From a virus (taxonomy: Duplodnaviria; Caudoviricetes): DNA of 24,030 nucleotides. Shown one piece after another: positions 1 through 6,905 of this stretch. The stretch is taken from positions 1 through 24,030 of IMG/VR virus record IMGVR_UViG_3300032227_001426; one strand, written 5' to 3'. Numbering within the stretch: position 1 is the first letter of the stretch; each line of letters opens with the position of its first letter. The notes beneath the pieces were generated by a model. That model ran no database searches and was not told where the DNA came from. It worked only from the letters and a program-made list of their open reading frames with translations. The translations under genes and the position numbers were made by a program.

Positions 1-397
1 CTCCAGTTGCTTGCTTGGAGCCTTTAGTTGGTTTCCATTTTTTAATCTCATCTACAAGTTGTTCTAAGTCAAAGTCAGGTCCATCAACAAAGTCTGCTGG
101 AACAACTGAAACCTTGTAAGCCTCTAGCCAATCTTCATTAAATGTTTGCCACTTGCTCTGACGAACACTCGTCACACGCCAAGCCTTTGGGTCCAGACCA
201 AATTCTTCAAGAATAGATTCAGCATCTGCTGAGTTTCCTGATGGTCTAGGAGTGCTGACGACAAAGCCTCCTGACGTATGGTCAATATCCATACGCGCTC
301 TCCATGCTTCTGGAGTTTCGTTTGAACGTCTATCAGAACCTGTCTGACCAGGAGATGCTAATTCTTCTAAAACTTTTTTTGAAAAACTCTCTGACAT
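1..397 (-). CDS. Partial CDS running off the window edge; N-terminal part of a probable actinophage metallophosphoesterase/MRE11-like protein
   Basis: Not in the ORF track. ATG at 397-395 overlaps the upstream stop (TAATG) and the frame is open to position 1: MSESFSKKVLEELASPGQ...ILEEFGLDPKAWRVTSVRQSKWQ. This resembles the N-terminus of actinophage phosphoesterases; any catalytic motifs lie outside the window. Confidence 0.55.
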   Translation of the reverse strand, partial: MSESFSKKVLEELASPGQTGSDRRSNETPEAWRARMDIDHTSGGFVVSTPRPSGNSADAESILEEFGLDPKAWRVTSVRQSKWQTFNEDWLEAYKVSVVPADFVDGPDFDLEQLVDEIKKWKPTKGSKQATG

Positions 398-702
398 TAC
401 TTATTACCTAGTGCTTCTATGCGAGCATTAATCCCTGTAAAACAACGACACTGCTTACGACGATGCAATGCGATTGATGATTGAGCAATGTCATACTCTT
501 CCGAGATGAGCAATTCTTGGATTTGACGGTTAGAGAATCTTTTTACTTTTTCACTTTGAGGAAACAAAATCAACTCAAGAGTATTTCTATCATCTTCGTC
601 CATCAGAGACATAACTTTTGATACACCACAAGGCAATCCAAATTGGGGTGCGTTAAGTTCTGATACTTTTTGTGCTAGTTTTCCCATGTTCAGTCCTTCC
701 AT
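397..702 (-). CDS. Hypothetical protein with HTH-like segment and putative Zn-binding motif
   Basis: N-terminal Cys plus C-terminal HRRKQCRC. Translationally coupled to the next gene. True start may be ATG 687 (GAAGGA upstream). Confidence 0.7.
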   Translation of the reverse strand: MEGLNMGKLAQKVSELNAPQFGLPCGVSKVMSLMDEDDRNTLELILFPQSEKVKRFSNRQIQELLISEEYDIAQSSIALHRRKQCRCFTGINARIEALGNK

Positions 703-731
703 AAGTAAGTCTTGTGACTAGTTATGTAAGA

Positions 732-740
732 ACTCTAGCA
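732..740 (-). promoter_or_regulatory. Extended -10 promoter (TGcTAGAGT)
   Basis: TGn-TANNNT in the intergenic region upstream of 397..702; no clear -35. Confidence 0.5.
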
Positions 741-802
741 GAAATATCTGCAATTTTGTTATTTATGTTTCTGGCGTGTCGTAAAATAAAAGTGCTAGAA
801 AA

Positions 803-1129
803 CTAACCCTTTTTATTAGCAGTTTTTCCATGAGCGGCTATGATAGCGGCATTGGATATAATAAGTTCTTTGATAAATTTTACTTCTGTAGCAGTTTCTC
901 TGCTAGAAACTTCAATCTTATTTACACGGTCTGCGAGTGATGAGCCGCCATTTTCCCAAAGTTGGTGTTCGACTCTATCTAAGCGTTCAGCAATGGTTCG
1001 CCCTTTTGTGTCAGTTCCAATGGCATTTTCCATTCGACGAACTATTTTATACACTACTGCAAGAGCACCAATTATGGCAGTAAGACTTCCAAGAATTAAA
1101 GCAATGGTATTTAGCACTGACACGTTCAT
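803..1129 (-). CDS. Membrane protein (one N-terminal TM helix plus coiled coil)
   Basis: Hydrophobic residues ~5-28 and an NGGSSLAD motif typical of actinophage membrane proteins found near lysis genes. TATAAT at 1182-1177 upstream. Confidence 0.7.
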   Translation of the reverse strand: MNVSVLNTIALILGSLTAIIGALAVVYKIVRRMENAIGTDTKGRTIAERLDRVEHQLWENGGSSLADRVNKIEVSSRETATEVKFIKELIISNAAIIAAHGKTANKKG

Positions 1130-1193
1130 TCCATCTTTCAGGTGTATACTGTAATTCCGCCGAAGCCGTTAGTACAATTATACCGTGGTTGTA

Positions 1194-1222
1194 TTGCTTT
1201 ATAGGGCAACATCTTGTACTAT
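1194..1222 (+). promoter_or_regulatory. Sigma70/SigA-type promoter for the primase-helicase gene
   Basis: TTGCTT (1194-1199), 17-nt spacer, TACTAT (1217-1222). Confidence 0.6.
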
Positions 1223-1275
1223 CTACCTAGGTTAAGACCTAAAGGAGGAAATGACACAAATGACAGAGGGATTAA

Positions 1276-3933
1276 ATGTCTGAACACGATAAGGCAAATG
1301 AAGATGGACGGTTCGAAAAAGCCACATCTTGGTACGCATCACAGGGATGGAAAATTCTTCCGTGCTACGGCATTGTCGGTGGTCGCTGTACCTGCAACAG
1401 TACGCACAATGAACCAAAAGATGTTGGTAAGCATCCAGCACTAAACTCGTGGAACTCAGAGTCTTCGGATGATATCAATGTAATTTCTCGCTGGTGGGAG
1501 CGTGACCCTGAAGCAAACATTGGTGTTAACTGTCGTCCATCAGGTTTCCTTGTAATCGATATTGACCCACGCTCTGGTGGGCATGATTCTTTTGAAGAGT
1601 TTGAAAAGTTGGTTGAGGGTGCACTACCTCCAACTGTTGAAGCATTAACTGGTGAGTACACGCTTGCTGGTAAGACAATGCGTGGTCGTCATATTTTTTA
1701 TCGCTGTAATCCATCAGAAGAACTCATTGGAAATCTAAAAGCAGCAGGTATCAAGGGTATTGATATCAAGCACAACGGTTATGTTCTTATCGCTCCGTCA
1801 CGCCATTTCTCTGGCGTTAATTATGAGTGGGTTGAGGGTAAGGCTCCTTGGGAAACCGAGATGGCTGAAGCACCTGAAGAACTTCTTAACTTCTTGCGTA
1901 AGCGTGGAAAGAGTTCATCTCTATCTGTAAGTTCATCTCTTGGTTCTATGGACTGGAGTTCAACTTTTGATGGCGTAGATTTTGGAAAGAACAAAGAAGA
2001 GATTCGCAAGATTCTTGAGGACGGTATTGACGAGGGTGCTCGTGCTGTAGATATCTACAAACTCACTTGCTCTCTTGCTAATGAATATCCAGTAGATAAG
2101 GAACATGGTCGTCAGGCTCTTGAAACCCTGATGATTCGTTTCAATGCTGAAAAGGTTCGCCCACCACTTCCACTTGAGGGACAGAATGGTCTTCTCATGC
2201 ACGTTCGTCGTGCAATGAAGTGGGTTGCTGACCATCCCAAATCAGAGTTCCTTTGGGCTGGTATCACAGATAAAGAAAATGGTTGGGCTAAGAGGTCAAC
2301 TGAGGAAACTCGTGAGAAGTTTGGAGAGTCTTCCTCTGAAGTAACTCCACTACTTGGGGTAGTAACTCCTTATAGGTCAGATGAGTTTCTTCCGGGAACT
2401 TTGGCTGGTGCTGTGTCTGAGAGTATTCACAAGGGTGAATCAATTGCTGAAGCATCTTCCCTTGCTAATCTAAACGTACCAAAAGACCCTGATGCCATTG
2501 ATGAAGAAGATGGTGGTGAAATCGGTGGTCGTACATTATCTGATACAGGTAATGGTCGCCGTTTTGTAGATACTTTTGGTGAAGCCGTTCGCTACTCTGA
2601 GGGTCTTGGTTGGTTCCATTGGTCTGGTGGTTACTGGAAGCCAGACGTTGAGGGTTTGGAAATGCAAGAACTCGCAAAGAGTCTTGCTCCTGTTATCGCT
2701 AGTGAAGTAGTTCGCTATGACGGTGATACAGACAAGCAGTCAGAAGTTATTAAGTGGGCACAAAACTCTAAATCAAACGCTCGCCTAAAATCTGCAATTG
2801 ATAACGCTAACTCAGACCGTCGTGTTCGTCTTGCTGTAGATGATTGGGACTCCAATCCTCACATGCTTGGTGTTCTCAATGGTGTGGTTGATTTGCGTAC
2901 TGGTGAACTTCTTAAGAATCGTCCTGACCTTTACATTACTCGTCGTGCACCTGTCGCTTACACTCCGGGCTTGAGTAATGTTCGTTGGCAACAGTTCCTA
3001 GACTTTGCTACTGGTGGTGATAAGGAATACCAAGAGTGGCTACAGAAAGCAGCAGGTTACTCGCTTACAGGTTTGAGTAAGTATGACTTGATGTTCCTTG
3101 TTTATGGTCCTGCAGGTTCTGGTAAGAATACATTTGTTGAAGCAATTGTAAAATGTCTTGGTACAAAACAATATGCCTGGCCATTTGACTCAAGCATTCT
3201 TGCTAATGGTGACGGTCAAGCATCAGGTTCTGACCTTTACCATTGGGCTGAACTTCGTGGTCGTCGTCTCGTATGGGTCGACGAACTTCCAGACTCAGAA
3301 CGTCTCAAGGAAAACTCAGTAAAGAAGTTGACTGGTTCATCTGAAATTTCTGCACGTTCTCCGGGCGAGCGACCATTTACATTTGCTTCACAGGCTAAGT
3401 TGTGGATTTCTACTAACCACCGTCCAATCATTATGGATGATGCAATGTGGCGACGTATTCGTCCTATGCCATTTAATTTTGTGCCAGAAAATCCTGACCC
3501 AGACTTAAAGGAATACATCTTCGACCCAGAGGGTGCGCTTCCTGCAGTTATGTCTTGGGCAGTTGAGGGTGCAATCAAGATGCTTAACTCAAGTTCTCGT
3601 GATGCTCTTGGTTGGTGCTCTGTTGTTTCTGAAGCAGCCGAAATCTACCGAAAGAATGAGGACCGTATTGGTCTATTCCTTGAGGAAGAGACCACTGAGT
3701 CTGAGGGTTCATCAACTCCAATTAAGCAGTTGTATAGTATTTATAGGGTTTGGGTAGAAGAGCGTGGTGAAAAGCCAATGAGTCAGACTGCGTTCCAGCG
3801 TAAAATGCTAGAGCGTAATATTGAGGTCATTGGTCAAGGCTCTAGTGCCGTTATTCACGGTAGATTCTTGAAGCCTCGTCAGGTTATGGGCGGGGATATC
3901 GACTGGCAAACAGCCACTAGATTCGCCAGATAG
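1276..3933 (+). CDS. Bifunctional DNA primase-polymerase / D5-type SF3 helicase
   Basis: N-terminal Prim-Pol motifs (GKHP, ANIGV, LVIDID, GRHIFY, GIDIK, GYVLIAPSRH), D5_N region (SDTGNGRRF), Walker A GPAGSGKNT, Walker B WVDE, motif C STNHRP, AMWRRI. Confidence 0.93.
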   Translation: MSEHDKANEDGRFEKATSWYASQGWKILPCYGIVGGRCTCNSTHNEPKDVGKHPALNSWNSESSDDINVISRWWERDPEANIGVNCRPSGFLVIDIDPRSGGHDSFEEFEKLVEGALPPTVEALTGEYTLAGKTMRGRHIFYRCNPSEELIGNLKAAGIKGIDIKHNGYVLIAPSRHFSGVNYEWVEGKAPWETEMAEAPEELLNFLRKRGKSSSLSVSSSLGSMDWSSTFDGVDFGKNKEEIRKILEDGIDEGARAVDIYKLTCSLANEYPVDKEHGRQALETLMIRFNAEKVRPPLPLEGQNGLLMHVRRAMKWVADHPKSEFLWAGITDKENGWAKRSTEETREKFGESSSEVTPLLGVVTPYRSDEFLPGTLAGAVSESIHKGESIAEASSLANLNVPKDPDAIDEEDGGEIGGRTLSDTGNGRRFVDTFGEAVRYSEGLGWFHWSGGYWKPDVEGLEMQELAKSLAPVIASEVVRYDGDTDKQSEVIKWAQNSKSNARLKSAIDNANSDRRVRLAVDDWDSNPHMLGVLNGVVDLRTGELLKNRPDLYITRRAPVAYTPGLSNVRWQQFLDFATGGDKEYQEWLQKAAGYSLTGLSKYDLMFLVYGPAGSGKNTFVEAIVKCLGTKQYAWPFDSSILANGDGQASGSDLYHWAELRGRRLVWVDELPDSERLKENSVKKLTGSSEISARSPGERPFTFASQAKLWISTNHRPIIMDDAMWRRIRPMPFNFVPENPDPDLKEYIFDPEGALPAVMSWAVEGAIKMLNSSSRDALGWCSVVSEAAEIYRKNEDRIGLFLEEETTESEGSSTPIKQLYSIYRVWVEERGEKPMSQTAFQRKMLERNIEVIGQGSSAVIHGRFLKPRQVMGGDIDWQTATRFAR

Positions 3934-3947
3934 CCTTTTCATTTCCT

Positions 3948-3956
3948 TGCTACAAT
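3948..3956 (+). promoter_or_regulatory. Extended -10 promoter (TGcTACAAT) for the endolysin gene
   Basis: Near-consensus extended -10 in the 56-bp gap, then GAGGA SD and ATG 3990. Confidence 0.6.
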
Positions 3957-3989
3957 AGTAGAAGATTTACTACTACAAGCGAGGAAATA

Positions 3990-4670
3990 ATGGCATCACC
4001 ATTACCAAAGAAATTCAAGATTACTACTCCCTACCATAAGCCCGGCTCTTGGTGGTCAAGTGGTTACCATACAGGTGTAGATTTTGCGTGCCCAATCGGT
4101 ACTCCTGTGTCTGCTGCCAAGGACGGTACTGTTCTTGAAGTAGGTGGAAACACCTCTTGGGGTGCTGCTTACGGAAATGCAATCATCATTGACCACGGTA
4201 ACGGTGTTCGTGCACTGTATGCTCACCTCAGCGGTATTGGTGTGAAGAAGGGTCAGAAAGTTACTGAAGGTCAGTTGATTGCTCGTTCAGGTAACTCTGG
4301 TAACTCAAGTGGTCCACACCTTCACTTTGAAACTCGTGTTTCACCTTGGCGTTACACCAACAAGGATGTCAATCCAAAGGTAGTTCTTGAAGGTGCTGCA
4401 AAGACATCTGTTAAGGCTGTACTTACTGCTGGTAAGAAGAAGAAGACAGTTGCTCCAGAGCCAAGCAAGATTTATCCAGGAAATCCTGTAGATTCTGAGG
4501 ACAGAGGAGATTGCGTAAAGGCTCTCCAGATTGCTCTTGGTCTAAAGGTAACTGGTGTTTACGATGATGAACTAAAGAAGGCAATCATCGCTGTTCAGAA
4601 GAAGAACAAGGCACTAGGTAAGGCTGACGGTGTTGTCGGTCCTAAGACTTGGAAAGCAATCGTAAAGTAA
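3990..4670 (+). CDS. Endolysin: M23 peptidase plus C-terminal peptidoglycan-binding domain
   Basis: M23 Zn motifs HTGVD, YAHL, GPHLHFE; C-terminal VKALQIAL...ADGVVGPKTW of PG_binding_1 type. Confidence 0.9.
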   Translation: MASPLPKKFKITTPYHKPGSWWSSGYHTGVDFACPIGTPVSAAKDGTVLEVGGNTSWGAAYGNAIIIDHGNGVRALYAHLSGIGVKKGQKVTEGQLIARSGNSGNSSGPHLHFETRVSPWRYTNKDVNPKVVLEGAAKTSVKAVLTAGKKKKTVAPEPSKIYPGNPVDSEDRGDCVKALQIALGLKVTGVYDDELKKAIIAVQKKNKALGKADGVVGPKTWKAIVK

Positions 4671-6095
4671 CTACCTGTTATTTGGGTTAAACACTCTACC
4701 GCCGCGCCCGCCTGATTGACCTCGGTTTCGACCAGTATCAATCTTGCGGTGTGCGGCGGAGTGCGCTGTAATCCTTCCACCAACAAAACCCTGTGGTGGT
4801 TTGATAAGAAGTGCAGTAAGTGCGTGTACCAAAGCATCAACACGGTCTGGAGATTTACCTTCACCAGGAATCCACGAAGTCATTTGGTCTTCAAGTTCTG
4901 CTAAGAATCCAATGTGATGGACTCGTCCCTGCTCGTAAGCCAATACTGTTGGTTCTGCGCGTAGGGCTTTTCCATGCTTGGAGTGTACTTCTAAAACTTT
5001 TACATTTGGGTCAATAGTATTGATTGCGTTACGCACCAATGCTCCACCCTGATTGACTTCAGCAATAACTGGACACATCCACTTACGCGCCATCTCTACA
5101 ACTTTATTTGCCCACACATCTGGTGAGCCAAGTACAGATGCATCTTCTAGAACCCACGCTTCACGCTTGTAAAGGTCACGGTCTCCTGAAGCAGCGCATA
5201 CAATAATTCCACACTCATCTCGTGGATTCTCAGCAACGGACGGGTCAACACCAATACAACGCAGTGGTGTTCCGATAGGAAATGAGCCGTGGCGATTACG
5301 TTCAATCATCTCAATGGTCCATAGTGCACCTTCGATGTCGTCAAGCATCTCACCATAAAGTTCTTGAGAAGCCAAACGTGTACCTTCATAAACTCCAAGG
5401 ATTGCATCCATATATGCGCCAGAAAGATTTCCAGCGTTGTCCATAGTCGAGCCTTTAGTGATTACTACGTTGCTTCCCTTTTTTGCTTCTTCGATAAGTT
5501 GATAAAGAAGTGCTACACGCTTGGGAGTGGTGGTGAGCATAATTTTTGGTCGGTCTCCAAGACGAGTACCAACGCGTAAGTTATCAAACGCAGTCATACC
5601 TGCAGCGTCTGGAGTCTGTCGCCAAGCAGCGACCTCATCTCCCCATGCGTGAGTAAACTGCGGACCACGAAGTGAGTCAGGTTCGTCTGCAGTAAAACAC
5701 GTTGCAGTGTTTCCATTAGCCCAAGTTAGGCGACGCTTGGATGGTTCGTAGTGTGGTTTCTCACTTGGAGGTGAGACGTTGATAATTCCTGACTCACCTT
5801 CAACAATAACGTCACGCACGTCAGCAGCAGTACGAGCAACAAGAGCAAAACGAAGTTGTCCCTTGTTTGTGTGCTTTGCTTCTTCACGCACCCACTCAGC
5901 AGCGGTACGAGTTTTTCCAGCACCACGACCAGCAATGTAAGCCCAGATATTCCAATCACCTTCAGGTGCTTGTTGCTCAGGGCGACCCCAAGCCTTCCAA
6001 TCCCAAAGAAGTGTGTCCATGTCCATATCTGCTAGAACGGCTTCGCGTTCTGCATCTGGGAGCATAGCAATATGCTCCATTAAACTCTTGCCCAT
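4671..6095 (-). CDS. terL: Terminase large subunit
   Basis: Walker A AGRGAGKT, LRGPQF...WGDE Walker B, TTTP coupling motif, nuclease motifs IGVDP and SPDRVDALV. SD GAGGA. Confidence 0.92.
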   Translation of the reverse strand: MGKSLMEHIAMLPDAEREAVLADMDMDTLLWDWKAWGRPEQQAPEGDWNIWAYIAGRGAGKTRTAAEWVREEAKHTNKGQLRFALVARTAADVRDVIVEGESGIINVSPPSEKPHYEPSKRRLTWANGNTATCFTADEPDSLRGPQFTHAWGDEVAAWRQTPDAAGMTAFDNLRVGTRLGDRPKIMLTTTPKRVALLYQLIEEAKKGSNVVITKGSTMDNAGNLSGAYMDAILGVYEGTRLASQELYGEMLDDIEGALWTIEMIERNRHGSFPIGTPLRCIGVDPSVAENPRDECGIIVCAASGDRDLYKREAWVLEDASVLGSPDVWANKVVEMARKWMCPVIAEVNQGGALVRNAINTIDPNVKVLEVHSKHGKALRAEPTVLAYEQGRVHHIGFLAELEDQMTSWIPGEGKSPDRVDALVHALTALLIKPPQGFVGGRITAHSAAHRKIDTGRNRGQSGGRGGRVFNPNNR

Positions 6096-6108
6096 AATTC
6101 CTCATTCC

Positions 6109-6145
6109 AAAAACAAAATGCCCTCACGCTGAGTAGCATGAGGGC
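6109..6145 (-). terminator. Intrinsic terminator between the HTH gene and terL
   Basis: Minus strand GCCCTCATGCT-actc-AGCGTGAGGGC (11 bp, one G-U) followed by ATTTTGTTTTT. Confidence 0.75.
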
Positions 6146-6159
6146 GATTAAGTTTGTGC

Positions 6160-6636
6160 TTAGGCGTGACGCTTCAAACTACTCTGTACTCCATAATACA
6201 GGGGTGCAGCCGAACTTAGTCCTAGTTCACGCGCCAAAACTGACAAAGAAACACCATTTTTGTATTCTAGAGCCAGTTGGTCGTGGTACTGGTCAATGCC
6301 AGTCTCTTTTGCTTGCTTTACTCTACCTACTGCATCTGCATTTTCTTGACGAGTAGCCCTAGTCTTTGGCTTGACTTCGGAAAGATTTACATCTTTCATA
6401 ATCACACGACGGCGGATGCCTGGGTAGGCAACACCAAGAGCCTTAGCAAGTTGTGGAAGACTTCCACCCTTTGACTTAAACTCAACAAGTAGTTCTGTGT
6501 AGGCTCTGCTTGCTTCGTGTTCTGGGCTTGTCTGAGTCCGTGAACCATAAGCCTTTTTAGCCAGTGGAAGGATTGGTAGGATTTTATCTGTATATTCGAG
6601 CAGAAGGTCGCTCATGTCTTTTTCTCCAATTGTCAT
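6160..6636 (-). CDS. Putative DNA-binding protein with two HTH-like repeats
   Basis: Repeats GGSLPQLAKALGVAYPGIRRRV and GVSLSVLARELGLSSAAPLYYGV. Likely start ATG 6615 (MSDLL; GGAGA upstream). Confidence 0.7.
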   Translation of the reverse strand: MTIGEKDMSDLLLEYTDKILPILPLAKKAYGSRTQTSPEHEASRAYTELLVEFKSKGGSLPQLAKALGVAYPGIRRRVIMKDVNLSEVKPKTRATRQENADAVGRVKQAKETGIDQYHDQLALEYKNGVSLSVLARELGLSSAAPLYYGVQSSLKRHA

Positions 6637-6655
6637 TAGCGCATGTCATACCCTT

Positions 6656-6684
6656 ATGGTACAGGATATGAATGCTCTATGCAA
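6656..6684 (-). promoter_or_regulatory. SigA-type promoter
   Basis: TTGCAT, 17-nt spacer, TACCAT (6661-6656). Confidence 0.6.
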
Positions 6685-6701
6685 TTTATAGAAAAAAGAT
6701 A

Positions 6702-6905
6702 TTAATCTTCTTTTTCTTCTTTTTCCAATGGTTCACGAACTCGTAGAGTAATAAGCCAAAGAACTAAAGACAGAATAATTGCGTATCCAACAATAACTCT
6801 TGCCGAGCCTTCAAGAAGCACCCAAGCAATGAACATACCTAGAAGAGTCCATGTTTGATTTAGTGACTCAACAAAGATATCTTTTATCCAGCGAAGTAGT
6901 CTCAT
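6702..6905 (-). CDS. Small two-TM membrane protein
   Basis: Two hydrophobic helices and a charged tail; TAATG-coupled to the upstream large gene. Confidence 0.75.
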   Translation of the reverse strand: MRLLRWIKDIFVESLNQTWTLLGMFIAWVLLEGSARVIVGYAIILSLVLWLITLRVREPLEKEEKED

